A stretch of 42,845 bases of DNA from Mollicutes bacterium (GCA_012513875.1 JAAZBI010000064.1:1-42845), one strand, 5' to 3'. Counted from the stretch's first letter, positions 1 through 10,947 are shown. Numbers and translations: made by a program. The notes: generated by a model not told the origin, from the sequence alone.

Positions 1-1599
<1,599 letters not shown>

Positions 1600-1608
1600 G
1601 AGGATAAA

Positions 1609-4059
1609 ATGAACGAAGCAGACAAATTAATAGAAGTAAACATATCAGATAAAATGGAATCAGCTTTTTTAAGTTATTCAATGAGCGTAATCGTTTCGAG
1701 AGCTCTTCCTGATGTTAGGGATGGTTTAAAACCAGTTCATCGTAGAATTTTATATACGATGTTTGAAGAAGGTTTCACTCCGGAAAAAAAATATGTGAAA
1801 AGCGCTAATACTGTAGGTAACGTGTTAGCACATTATCATCCTCATGGAGACTCATCTGTATATGATAGTATGGTTAGAATGGCTCAAGATTTTAATTATC
1901 GTTATCCTTTAGTTGATGGTCATGGTAATTTTGGTTCAGTTGATGGTGATTCAGCAGCACATCAACGTTATACAGAATCGAGATTAGGGAAAATATCATT
2001 AGAAATGGTCAGAGATATCAATAAAAACACTGTAGATTTTACGACAAATTATGATGGTCAAAGAAAAGAACCAGTTGTTTTACCAAGTCGTTTTCCAAAC
2101 ATTTTAGTTAATGGTACGATGGGTATAGCTGTTGGAATGGCAACAAATATTCCTCCTCATAATTTAGGAGAAGTTATCGATGGGTGTCTTAATTATATAG
2201 ACAATCCAGAAATTAGTGTTTTTGAATTGATGAATTATATAAAAGGCCCAGATTTTCCTACGGGAGCTTGTATTTTAGGCAATTCCGGAATAAAAAAAGC
2301 TTATGAAACTGGTAAAGGATCAATAACTATAAGAGCAGAAGCAATAGTTGAAGAAAAGGATAATCGTCAAAGAATAATAGTGACGTCTTTGCCATATCAA
2401 GTTAATAAAGCTATGTTAATTACAAAAATTGCAGATTTAGTTAGAGAAAAAGCAATCGAAGGAATCAGTGATTTAAGAGATGAAACTAGTTTAAAAACAG
2501 GAACAAGAATTGTGGTTGAATTAAAAAAAGATGCTAATGCAAACGTTATATTAAATAATTTATATAAACAGACACCATTGCAAAGTAACTTTGGTATAAA
2601 TTTATTAGCGTTATCAAATGGCGAACCAAAAGTGTTAAATTTAAAAGAAATAATCAGTAAATATGTTGAATTTCAATATGAAGTAATTACTAAAAGAACA
2701 ATTTTTGATTTAGAAAAAAGTGAAAATAGAGCACACATTTTAGATGGCTTAAAAATTGCTTTAGATAATATTGATGCAGTTATAAAAATAATTAAAGAAG
2801 CAAAAGACGAAAGTCACGCCAAAAAACAATTGGGTGAAAAATTTAACTTAACAGAAATTCAATCCGACGCTATATTAGAAATGAAACTAAGAAGGTTAAC
2901 AGGACTTGAAAGAACTAAAATAGAATCAGAATTAGCAGAATTATTAAAATTGATAGCTGAATATAAAGAAATATTAGCAAATAGCGAAAGAGTTTATCAA
3001 ATAATCAAAGAAGAACTTTTAGAAATAAAATCAAAATACAATGATGAAAGAAAAACAAAAATTGATATGACTGCAATTGACTTTATAGAAGATGAGGCTT
3101 TGATTCCAACAGAAGAAATTATAATAACTTTAACTAATAAAGGTTATATAAAAAGAATAACTTCAGATACATATCGAATTCAAAACAAAGGAGGAGTAGG
3201 AGTTAAAGGAATGAGTACTAATGAAGAAGATTTCGTACAAAACCTAATAACCTTATCTACTCACGACTATGTTTTGTTTTTCACGAACAAAGGGAAAGTT
3301 TATAGAGTTAAGGGTTACGAAATCCCACAATATAGTAGACAAGCAAAAGGATTGCCTATTATAAACTTGCTTCCAATTGAAAAAGATGAAGTTATTAATT
3401 CAATTTTAGCTATATCACCATCAGATTTAAATGGAAGTCTTGTTTTTGCAACTAAAAAAGGTAACATTAAAAAAACTAATTTAATAGAATTTGAGAGCAT
3501 AAGAGTTACTGGTAAAATAGCAATTTCGTTGAAAGAAGATGACGAACTAATAGGAGTAAGAGAAATTGTTAAAGGAAATAACATAATGTTAGCTTCTTCA
3601 TCTGGAAGAATGGTATGCTTTGGCGAAGAAGAAATAAGAACAATGGGAAGAAATGCTGGAGGAGTTAGAGGAATAAACTTAGGAGATGCTGAATGTGTTG
3701 GAATTGAAATAGCTATTCCAGACAAAGAGGTTTTAGTAGTAACAGAAAAAGGGTATGGGAAAAGAACAAAAGTGGAAGAATACCGAGTTACTCACAGAGG
3801 AAGCAAAGGAGTTAAAACATTAAATACAACAGAAAAAAATGGTAAGATTATATCTTTTAAAATTGTTGATGATGAAGAAGAACTTATTATTATAAGTGAT
3901 AATGGTATGATCATTAAACTCCCCGTTTCTCAAATCTCAACCATGAGCAGAGTTACACAAGGGGTTAGATTGATTAGCTTAAAAGAAAATCAAAAAGTGT
4001 CGGCAGCATTTAACGTTTCAAAAACGAAAGAAGAAATAGAAACAGAAGAAGACGAGTAG
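1609..4059 (+). CDS. gyrA: DNA gyrase subunit A
   Basis: 816 aa. QRDR-like [17 protein letters not shown], catalytic Tyr context [11 protein letters not shown], GyrA-box-like [10 protein letters not shown] in the C-terminal domain (argues gyrase rather than ParC). RBS GGAGGA before the ATG. Confidence 0.97.
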   Translation: MNEADKLIEVNISDKMESAFLSYSMSVIVSRALPDVRDGLKPVHRRILYTMFEEGFTPEKKYVKSANTVGNVLAHYHPHGDSSVYDSMVRMAQDFNYRYPLVDGHGNFGSVDGDSAAHQRYTESRLGKISLEMVRDINKNTVDFTTNYDGQRKEPVVLPSRFPNILVNGTMGIAVGMATNIPPHNLGEVIDGCLNYIDNPEISVFELMNYIKGPDFPTGACILGNSGIKKAYETGKGSITIRAEAIVEEKDNRQRIIVTSLPYQVNKAMLITKIADLVREKAIEGISDLRDETSLKTGTRIVVELKKDANANVILNNLYKQTPLQSNFGINLLALSNGEPKVLNLKEIISKYVEFQYEVITKRTIFDLEKSENRAHILDGLKIALDNIDAVIKIIKEAKDESHAKKQLGEKFNLTEIQSDAILEMKLRRLTGLERTKIESELAELLKLIAEYKEILANSERVYQIIKEELLEIKSKYNDERKTKIDMTAIDFIEDEALIPTEEIIITLTNKGYIKRITSDTYRIQNKGGVGVKGMSTNEEDFVQNLITLSTHDYVLFFTNKGKVYRVKGYEIPQYSRQAKGLPIINLLPIEKDEVINSILAISPSDLNGSLVFATKKGNIKKTNLIEFESIRVTGKIAISLKEDDELIGVREIVKGNNIMLASSSGRMVCFGEEEIRTMGRNAGGVRGINLGDAECVGIEIAIPDKEVLVVTEKGYGKRTKVEEYRVTHRGSKGVKTLNTTEKNGKIISFKIVDDEEELIIISDNGMIIKLPVSQISTMSRVTQGVRLISLKENQKVSAAFNVSKTKEEIETEEDE

Positions 4060-4070
4060 TCTTCTTTTTA

Positions 4071-4086
4071 TGTTCCACGTGAAACA
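4071..4086. promoter_or_regulatory. parS: parS centromere-like site (TGTTCCACGTGAAACA)
   Basis: Exact match to the Firmicute parS consensus TGTTNCACGTGAAACA. Embedded in an 11-bp-arm inverted repeat, CTTTTTATGTT (4064-4074) / AACATAAAAAG (4083-4093). Confidence 0.85.
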
Positions 4087-4111
4087 TAAAAAGATAATTA
4101 ACAAAAATTAA

Positions 4112-4127
4112 TGTTCCACGTGGAACA
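4112..4127. promoter_or_regulatory. parS: parS centromere-like site, perfectly palindromic variant (TGTTCCACGTGGAACA)
   Basis: 16/16 palindrome, part of the 18-bp perfect palindrome ATGTTCCACGTGGAACAT (4111-4128). Its centre is 41 bp from the first site. Confidence 0.85.
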
Positions 4128-4192
4128 TCACCGCTATAACAAATTAATATATTAATAATAAAAATTATTTGTTTTCTTTCTGCTAACAAAAA

Positions 4193-4208
4193 TATTTCCC
4201 GGGAAATA
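4193..4208. promoter_or_regulatory. Noc-binding-site-type palindrome (TATTTCCCGGGAAATA)
   Basis: Contains the B. subtilis NBS consensus ATTTCCCGGGAAAT exactly. Core of a 26-bp perfect palindrome, AAAAATATTTCCC|GGGAAATATTTTT (4188-4213), 13 bp upstream of the ffs -35. Confidence 0.7.
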
Positions 4209-4220
4209 TTTTTATAATAA

Positions 4221-4249
4221 TTGATATTATCAAAAAAATAAGGTATATT
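4221..4249 (+). promoter_or_regulatory. sigma-A type promoter of the SRP RNA gene
   Basis: TTGATA (4221-4226), 17-nt spacer, TATATT (4244-4249). The RNA 5' helix starts about 7 nt downstream. Confidence 0.6.
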
Positions 4250-4255
4250 GTATTT

Positions 4256-4331
4256 GGTACAACAAAAGTGATGTAATCAGGTCAGATTCGGAAGAAAGCA
4301 GCCTCGTCGTCCTCCTTTTGTGTGTACCATT
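4256..4331 (+). ncRNA. ffs: small (4.5S-type) signal recognition particle RNA
   Basis: Domain IV motif CAGGUCAGAUUCGGAAGAAAGCAGCC matches the conserved CAGGUCAGGUCCGGAAGGAAGCAGCC with GGAA tetraloop. Closing helix GGUACAACAAAAG / CUUUUGUGUGUACC, followed by a T7 run. Exact ends are approximate. Confidence 0.85.
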
Positions 4332-4348
4332 TTTTTATGAGGTGTAAA

Positions 4349-4756
4349 ATGAAAAATTATATGTTGGAGGCTCTAAAACAAGCAGAAAAAGCTAGTAAAA
4401 AAAATGAAGTTCCAATAGGAGCGGTTTTAGTATTAAATAATAAAATAATTGCAAAAGCTTTTAATAAAAGAGAAAAAACCAGAAACGTTTTAGCTCACGC
4501 CGAAGTTTTAGTTCTTCAAAAAGGAAGCAAAAAAATTAAAGATTGGCGTTTTGATAATTGTGAACTTTATGTAACTTTAGAACCATGTAAAATGTGTACA
4601 GAAATATTAAAACAAGCGAGAATAAAAAAAGTTTATTTTGGATCTAAACAAATGAATAATATTGATCAGGATAAATTGTTAGATTTTGAATATAAGCCTA
4701 ATGATTGTTGTGAAAATATAATAAAGGAATTTTTTAAATCTAAAAGAAAAAAATGA
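4349..4756 (+). CDS. tadA: tRNA-specific adenosine deaminase
   Basis: Deaminase zinc motifs HAEVLV and PCKMC. I prefer the ATG at 4349 (RBS GAGGTG 4338-4343) over the track GTG at 4322, which would overlap the SRP RNA. Confidence 0.9.
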   Translation: MKNYMLEALKQAEKASKKNEVPIGAVLVLNNKIIAKAFNKREKTRNVLAHAEVLVLQKGSKKIKDWRFDNCELYVTLEPCKMCTEILKQARIKKVYFGSKQMNNIDQDKLLDFEYKPNDCCENIIKEFFKSKRKK

Positions 4757-4810
4757 CATTTATAATTAATAAAATAAGTGTTATAATAAAATAAGTGAGT
4801 AGGTGACAGA

Positions 4811-6469
4811 ATGAATTATAAAGCTTTATATCGAAAATATCGTCCTGAAAATTTTGAAGAAGTAGTTGGGCAAAAAGAAATTGTTTGTACTTTACAAAAC
4901 TCAATAAAAGAAGGAAAGATTGGCCATGCATATTTGTTTAATGGACCTAGAGGGACAGGAAAAACCAGTTTAGCTAAAATATTTGCAAAAGCAGTTAATT
5001 GCTTAAATAATAAAAACGGTTCTCCTTGTAACAAGTGTGAAGTTTGTTTATCTATATCAAAAGAAGAAGTTACAGATATTATTGAAATTGATGCCGCATC
5101 TAATAATGGTGTAGATGAAATAAGAGAATTGAAAAGTAAAATAAACCTTGTACCAACTGTTTGTAATTATAAGGTATATATTATTGATGAAGTTCATATG
5201 CTTTCTACAGGTGCTTTTAATGCGTTGTTAAAGACATTAGAAGAACCGCCAAAAAACATTATTTTTATTTTAGCAACAACAGAAATTCATAAAGTACCAT
5301 TAACTGTTATTTCTCGTTGTCAAAATTTTAATTTTAAAAAAATCAGCGAAAAAGAAATATCAAAACAATTAAAATTGATTTCTACGAAAGAAAAAATAAA
5401 AATAGAAGACGAAGCTTTAGAAGCTTTAGCTATAAATGCTAATGGTGGTTTAAGAGATGCAATTGGTTTTTTAGAACAAGTTTCTTCAATTTCCGAAAGT
5501 ATAATTACTGAAAACAATGTAGAAAGTTTGTTTGCGCTTACTAATGTGAAAGAAATATCAACATTAATTAGAAATGTTTTTGAAAACAAAACGTCAGAAA
5601 TTTTTAAACAAATTAAAGAAATAAATCAAGAAGGAAAAGATTTTGAAAAAATCACACAAGAGATTGCTATTTTCTTAAAAGACATGCTTTTTTATAAAAA
5701 AGCACCAAAATATTTTTTAGAATATTCTAAATATGATATTTCTTTATATTTTCAACTTGATGAACTTGATGAAGAATTAATAAATGAAAGCATAAATATT
5801 TTTTTAGAAGCAATGAATAATTATAAAACTTCTTCTACACCAAAACTGATTTTTGAAATAGCAATTTTAAGATTAGTTAATATTTTTGAAGACAGTGAAA
5901 GAAAAACAATTGTAGTTGAGATATCTAAAGAAAAACAAAATAAAGAAACGATAGTTGAAAAAAACGAGAAATTAGTAGAAACAGATAAAGATTTACCAAA
6001 GGTAAAAATTGAAGATAACAAAAAAATATTGATTAATAATGCTATATCTAAAGCTGATAAAACAAAATTAAAAGAAATTAAAAAAAGTTTTGAACAAATG
6101 TCAACTTTTTTAGTAAATAAAGATTTCAAAAATATAGCAGCTCTCTTATGTGATGGTTATGTATCTTGTGTAGGAGAAAATGATATAATATATGTTTATA
6201 AATATAATGGTCTAGTTGAAAAAGCGGACAACGTTATTGAAGATATTGAAAAATTAGTAAAAAACATTTTAAAAACTAAATATAGAGTTATTAATGTTTC
6301 AGAAGAAAATTGGAAAATAATTAGAAGCTTTTATTTAGATAAACTAAAAAATAACGAAAGAATAAAAATTTTAGAAGAAAAAGAAGAAATTATAAAACCA
6401 AAAAAAGAAGTCAAAGAATTGGCAAAAGCAATTTCGATGTTTGGTGATGAAATAATAGAAATTAAGTAA
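4811..6469 (+). CDS. dnaX: DNA polymerase III subunit gamma/tau
   Basis: Walker A GPRGTGKTS, DEVHML, zinc module CNKCEVC, SRCQNFNF sensor region. Lies after tadA as in Bacillus. Confidence 0.95.
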   Translation: MNYKALYRKYRPENFEEVVGQKEIVCTLQNSIKEGKIGHAYLFNGPRGTGKTSLAKIFAKAVNCLNNKNGSPCNKCEVCLSISKEEVTDIIEIDAASNNGVDEIRELKSKINLVPTVCNYKVYIIDEVHMLSTGAFNALLKTLEEPPKNIIFILATTEIHKVPLTVISRCQNFNFKKISEKEISKQLKLISTKEKIKIEDEALEALAINANGGLRDAIGFLEQVSSISESIITENNVESLFALTNVKEISTLIRNVFENKTSEIFKQIKEINQEGKDFEKITQEIAIFLKDMLFYKKAPKYFLEYSKYDISLYFQLDELDEELINESINIFLEAMNNYKTSSTPKLIFEIAILRLVNIFEDSERKTIVVEISKEKQNKETIVEKNEKLVETDKDLPKVKIEDNKKILINNAISKADKTKLKEIKKSFEQMSTFLVNKDFKNIAALLCDGYVSCVGENDIIYVYKYNGLVEKADNVIEDIEKLVKNILKTKYRVINVSEENWKIIRSFYLDKLKNNERIKILEEKEEIIKPKKEVKELAKAISMFGDEIIEIK

Positions 6470-6482
6470 AGAGGTGTAAAAA

Positions 6483-6785
6483 ATGAACATGCAATTAATG
6501 ATTAAACAAGCACAAAAAATGCAAAGTGACATTTTAAAATCTAAAGAAGAAATTAATCAAAAAATATTTCCCGGGAAATATTCTTATTTAGAAATTGAAA
6601 TAAATGGCAAAAAAGAAATAATAAAAGTTACAATTGACAAAAGTTTAAAAATATCAGATGAAGAAGACGTAGAAATGTTAGAAGATGTAATTGCTTTAGC
6701 TTTGAAAGATGCAATTACTAAAGTTGATAAAGAAACAGAAGAAAAATTAGGCAAATATGGATCAGGAATGTCGGGGCTATTATAA
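6483..6785 (+). CDS. ybaB: YbaB/EbfC family nucleoid-associated protein
   Basis: 100 aa with N-terminus MNMQLMIKQAQKMQ. Conserved dnaX-ybaB-recR arrangement. Confidence 0.9.
   Translation: MNMQLMIKQAQKMQSDILKSKEEINQKIFPGKYSYLEIEINGKKEIIKVTIDKSLKISDEEDVEMLEDVIALALKDAITKVDKETEEKLGKYGSGMSGLL
6565..6580. promoter_or_regulatory. second Noc-binding-site-type palindrome (TATTTCCCGGGAAATA), inside the ybaB CDS
   Basis: Identical 16-mer. The identity to the 4188-4210 copy extends to 23 nt (6560-6582). Encodes KIFPGKY. Confidence 0.65.
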
Positions 6786-7384
6786 TGAATTATCCAAAAA
6801 GTATTAATGATTTAATTGATTGCTTCAAAGATTTGCCTGGTGTAGGAGAAAAAACAGCAGAAAGAATGGCTTTATCAACCTTAGATTTTGAAAAAGAAAA
6901 ACTTGATTATTTTGCAAAATCTTTTATTGATGTTAAAACCAAAATTAGAAGATGTAAAACGTGTAACAATATTTCTGAAAACGAGCTTTGCGAAATTTGC
7001 AAGGATAAAAGTAGAGATAATCAAAGACTATGTATTGTAGAAGATATTAGAAGTATTATTTTATTTGAAAAAAACAAAATATTTTCTGGTAAATATCATG
7101 TTTTTGATAAGTTAATTTCTCCGATTGAAGGTATTGGACCAGATGATATAGATATCAATAAATTATTAGAAAGAATTAAAAATGAAGAAATAAAGGAAAT
7201 AATAATTGCTATAAAACCTTCTCTTGAGGGTGAAACAACAGCTATGTACATTAAAAAATGTTTGGAAAACAATTCAACTGTTATTGTTTCTAAAATTGCT
7301 CAGGGTATTCCTATGGGAGCAGCCATGGAATATATTGATCCATTAACACTAGAAACTGCTTTTTATAATCGTAAAGAAATTTAA
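6785..7384 (+). CDS. recR: recombination protein RecR
   Basis: HhH N-terminus LPGVGEKTAERMA, zinc finger CKTCNNISENELCEIC, Toprim region. Its ATG overlaps the ybaB stop (TAATG). Confidence 0.95.
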   Translation: MNYPKSINDLIDCFKDLPGVGEKTAERMALSTLDFEKEKLDYFAKSFIDVKTKIRRCKTCNNISENELCEICKDKSRDNQRLCIVEDIRSIILFEKNKIFSGKYHVFDKLISPIEGIGPDDIDINKLLERIKNEEIKEIIIAIKPSLEGETTAMYIKKCLENNSTVIVSKIAQGIPMGAAMEYIDPLTLETAFYNRKEI

Positions 7385-7402
7385 ATAAACGAGGTGCTGA
7401 CT

Positions 7403-8257
7403 ATGTTTGATAATATAAACACTAATAAGCAACAAATTTGTGTGCTTTTAAAAGAACAAATAGAAAAAGATCATATTAGTCACGCTTATATAATTTGTTG
7501 CGAAGATATAAAAACAGCAAATGATTTTGCTGTTTCTTTAGCAAAAAAACTTGTTAAAAAGGACGAAACAAATATAATAGTTATTGAGCCTGATGGACTT
7601 TGGATAAAAAAAGAACAAATAGTAAATTTGAAAAATCAGTTTATAACTAAATCTTTGACCAAATCAAAAAGGACATATATCATAAAATCTTGTGACCAAT
7701 TAAATATTCACGCAGGAAACAGCATGTTAAAACTTTTAGAAGAACCAGAAGAGAATATAACAGGTATTTTAACGACTAATGCGTTAAACAAAGTTTTGAC
7801 AACAATTGTTTCTCGTTGTCAAATCATTAAATTAAAAAATGCTGTTAGTTTATCAAATATTTTTGAAAATTTAAATTTAGATGATAATATAGATTTGAAG
7901 ATTGAAAAAATGTTTGATTTCATTATAAAATATGAAATAGAAGGATTAAATGTTTATCCAGAAATAAATAAATATTGGCATGATATTGATTTTCCTAAAG
8001 AAAATTATCAAGTAGGAATAACAATTTTAATTTATATTTATAAAGATGTTTTAAATATTCTTTATAATAATACAATCGAGTATTTTCCAAATCATATTGA
8101 TAAGTTAAAACTTATATCAAAAAACAAAATAAAAGAAAACATATTAAACAAAATAATGATTTTATCTTCGATTAAAGAAAAAATCAAAAATAATTTAAAT
8201 TTAAATTTAATTATAGATAAAATTTTAATAGAATTTAATCGGGAGGACAAAAAATGA
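7403..8257 (+). CDS. holB: DNA polymerase III subunit delta'
   Basis: HAYII..., LLEEPEEN, SRCQIIKL clamp-loader motifs. The ATG at 7403 has RBS GAGGTG 6 nt upstream; the track GTG at 7394 lies inside that RBS. Confidence 0.85.
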   Translation: MFDNINTNKQQICVLLKEQIEKDHISHAYIICCEDIKTANDFAVSLAKKLVKKDETNIIVIEPDGLWIKKEQIVNLKNQFITKSLTKSKRTYIIKSCDQLNIHAGNSMLKLLEEPEENITGILTTNALNKVLTTIVSRCQIIKLKNAVSLSNIFENLNLDDNIDLKIEKMFDFIIKYEIEGLNVYPEINKYWHDIDFPKENYQVGITILIYIYKDVLNILYNNTIEYFPNHIDKLKLISKNKIKENILNKIMILSSIKEKIKNNLNLNLIIDKILIEFNREDKK

Positions 8258-9036
8258 TAGAAGTAGTAGGGATAGTTTTTGAAAAAGGTTCGAGAATATA
8301 TTATTTTTCACCAAATAACAATTCAAAATATCAAAAGAATGATAGAATTATTGTTGAAACGGATCGAGGATTACAAATCGGAACTGTTGTTCAAGAAAAC
8401 ATTGAGCTTCCAAAGAGTAAATTAAAATTACCATTAAAAAGTATTTATAGAATAGCAAAAGAAGAAGATGAAAACACTCAAATCCAAAATAAAGAAGATT
8501 CAAAAAAAGCAATTAATAAAGTTGAAAAATTAATAGCTAATCTAAAATTAGATATGAAAATAGTTGATGCCGAGTTTACTCTTGATAAAAGACAATTAAT
8601 GTTTCATTTTGTTTCTGAAAATAGAGTTGATTTTAGAGAATTAGTAAAAGAAATAGCAAAAATATATAAAACAAGAATTGAATTAAGGCAAATTGGAATT
8701 AGAGATAAAGCGAAAAATGTGGGTGGATTAGGTGTCTGTGGAAGAGAATTATGCTGTTCTAAATTTTTAACTGAGTTTGATAATGTTTCTATAAATATGG
8801 CTAAAAATCAAAACATTGCATTGAATCCCACAAAAATTAACGGTGCTTGTGGAAGATTATTATGTTGCTTGACTTATGAAAATGATCTTTATTCAGATTT
8901 AAAAAAAGAATTACCTTCTATTGGAGAATTTGTTAAAGTGAAAGAAGGAAAAGGAAAAGTAATAGCTATCAATGTTTTAAAACAAGCATATAAAGTACAA
9001 TTAGAGAATAATGAAATAATAGAAATAATCAAATAA
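8254..9036 (+). CDS. ricT: PSP1-domain protein RicT (YaaT family)
   Basis: Cys clusters GVCGRELCC and GACGRLLCCL. Follows holB as in Bacillus, with an ATGA overlap. Confidence 0.88.
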   Translation: MIEVVGIVFEKGSRIYYFSPNNNSKYQKNDRIIVETDRGLQIGTVVQENIELPKSKLKLPLKSIYRIAKEEDENTQIQNKEDSKKAINKVEKLIANLKLDMKIVDAEFTLDKRQLMFHFVSENRVDFRELVKEIAKIYKTRIELRQIGIRDKAKNVGGLGVCGRELCCSKFLTEFDNVSINMAKNQNIALNPTKINGACGRLLCCLTYENDLYSDLKKELPSIGEFVKVKEGKGKVIAINVLKQAYKVQLENNEIIEIIK

Positions 9037-9055
9037 AAAGATTGGAGGAGTTTAA

Positions 9056-9886
9056 ATGAATCAAAAAAGTTATAATGGAACTCCTACGTTGTATTTAGTT
9101 CCCACTCCAATTGGTAATTTAGAAGATATAACTATTAGAAGCTTAAATATTTTAAAAGAAACTGATGTTATTTTTTGTGAAGATACTAGAGTAACTTTAA
9201 CTTTGCTCAATCATTTTGATATTAAGAAAAAATTGATTGCGTCGCATGATCATAATGAAGAACAAACAAAACAACTAATGGTAGATTATTTAGAAAAGGG
9301 TAAAAATATTGCGATTGTAACAGACAGAGGAACACCAATTATCAGTGATCCAGGATACAAAGGAGTGCAATATGTTATTGAAAAAGGATATAATGTAGTT
9401 GGATTGCCTGGACCTACAGCTTTAATTCCAGCTCTTATTGTTTCTGGAATTGAACCTTCTCCTTTTTTATTTTATGGATTCTTAGATAATAAAAAAACTA
9501 AAAGGGAAAAAGAACTTTTAGAATTAAAAGAATTAAAAACAACTATAATTTTTTATGAATCACCTCATAGAATAAAAAAAACAATGCAATCATTATTAAA
9601 TATTTGGGGAAACAGGAAAATTTCTATATCTAGAGAAATATCAAAAAAATTTGAAGAAATTTATCGCGGTAACATTGAAGATTTCATTGATTTAGAAGCA
9701 AAAGGTGAATTTGTTCTTGTTATTGAAGGAAACAAACAAAATTATGCTGAAAACAAAGATGTTTTTATAGATATTGAAGATTTAATAGAAGAAGGATATA
9801 CTAAAAATCAAGCAATTGGTAAAGTTTCTAAAAAAAACAAGATTGATCGTAATGATTTATATAAAAAATATCTTAATAGGAAGTGA
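9056..9886 (+). CDS. rsmI: 16S rRNA (cytidine1402-2'-O)-methyltransferase
   Basis: Tetrapyrrole-methylase fold N-terminus LYLVPTPIGNLEDIT, and ESPHR. Ends in TGA. Confidence 0.92.
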   Translation: MNQKSYNGTPTLYLVPTPIGNLEDITIRSLNILKETDVIFCEDTRVTLTLLNHFDIKKKLIASHDHNEEQTKQLMVDYLEKGKNIAIVTDRGTPIISDPGYKGVQYVIEKGYNVVGLPGPTALIPALIVSGIEPSPFLFYGFLDNKKTKREKELLELKELKTTIIFYESPHRIKKTMQSLLNIWGNRKISISREISKKFEEIYRGNIEDFIDLEAKGEFVLVIEGNKQNYAENKDVFIDIEDLIEEGYTKNQAIGKVSKKNKIDRNDLYKKYLNRK

Positions 9887-9890
9887 TTAA

Positions 9891-10445
9891 ATGAAATTAG
9901 TTGTTGGTTTAGGAAATCCTGGTAAATCATATGAAAAAACAAGACATAATGTTGGTTTTAGAGTAATCGATTCTGTCGCTGATTTTTATGGTGTAAAAAA
10001 ATACAAACAAAAAAAACAAGGTTTATATTTTGAAATAGAAACAGAAACGGAGAAAATTATATTTTTAAAACCACAAAGTTATATGAATTTATCTGGTATA
10101 GTTGTTAAAAACTTTGTTGATTATTTTAAAGTTAAAACAGAAGAAATTTTAATTATTAGTGATGATATAGATTTGCCGATTGGAAAAATAAGAATCAAAC
10201 CACAAGGCAGTTCTGGAGGACATAATGGTTTAAAAAATATAGAGGAAACGATTGGAAGTCCTGAATATAAAAGAATCAAAATCGGCACTAACAACGGCAA
10301 ATTAATTTCAGCTGAAAAATTCGTCTTAGAAAAATTTTCGAAAAAAGAAAACGAGGAAATAGAAAAGATAATTGTAATAGTAAAAAACATTATCTTTGAT
10401 TATTTAAAAGAAGATTTTAATAATTTAATGAATAAATACAATTAA
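9891..10445 (+). CDS. pth: peptidyl-tRNA hydrolase
   Basis: MKLVVGLGNPG..Y..TRHNVGF and GGHNGLKN motifs. Confidence 0.95.
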   Translation: MKLVVGLGNPGKSYEKTRHNVGFRVIDSVADFYGVKKYKQKKQGLYFEIETETEKIIFLKPQSYMNLSGIVVKNFVDYFKVKTEEILIISDDIDLPIGKIRIKPQGSSGGHNGLKNIEETIGSPEYKRIKIGTNNGKLISAEKFVLEKFSKKENEEIEKIIVIVKNIIFDYLKEDFNNLMNKYN

Positions 10446-10458
10446 GAAGGAGAAAAAG

Positions 10459-10947
10459 ATGAGAAGTTTTGAAAAAATAAGTTATCAACAATTTCAAAAG
10501 GATTTTTCTAATGATGTTGAATATGATACAATAAAAATTCCCAAAAGAAAAACAATATCATCAGCTGGTTATGATTTTTTTCTTCCTTTTAATTTAATTA
10601 TAAAACCAAATGAAACAATAAAAATTCCAACAGGAATAAAAGTTTGTTTAGAAGCTAATGAATTTTTAAGTATTGTAGTTAGAAGTAGTTTGGGAATAAA
10701 ATATAACATGCGAATGTGCAATCAAGTTGGTATTATTGATGCTGACTATTATAATAACGAAGAAAACGAAGGACATATTATAGCTTTTATTAAAAATGAG
10801 GGTTCAGAAATAGTTGAATTAGAACAAGGTAAAGGTTTTGTCCAAGGTATTTTATTAAATTATTTAACTGTATCAGATGAAGAATCAATTAATGATAGGA
10901 GAAATGGAGGATTTGGAAGTACAGATAAGGAGGAAAAAAATGAATAA
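10459..10947 (+). CDS. dut: dUTP diphosphatase (trimeric dUTPase family)
   Basis: SAGYDF, GIIDADYY and C-terminal RNGGFGSTD motifs. Confidence 0.85.
   Translation: MRSFEKISYQQFQKDFSNDVEYDTIKIPKRKTISSAGYDFFLPFNLIIKPNETIKIPTGIKVCLEANEFLSIVVRSSLGIKYNMRMCNQVGIIDADYYNNEENEGHIIAFIKNEGSEIVELEQGKGFVQGILLNYLTVSDEESINDRRNGGFGSTDKEEKNE

Noticed and set aside
4064-4093. The hairpin CTTTTTATGTT-ccacgtga-AACATAAAAAG after gyrA read as an intrinsic terminator.
   Set aside because: The T-tract is in the 5' arm and the A-tract in the 3' arm, the wrong polarity for a + strand terminator. The core is an exact parS consensus, so a DNA-level protein-binding palindrome is the better reading. It may still pause transcription.
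4060-4255. Possible oriC / DnaA-box cluster in the gyrA-ffs intergenic region (TGTTCCACG resembles TTATCCACA).
   Set aside because: The match to the DnaA box is only 6/9. There is no array of TTATCCACA boxes, and no AT-rich unwinding element beyond background. The palindromes are explained by parS and NBS.
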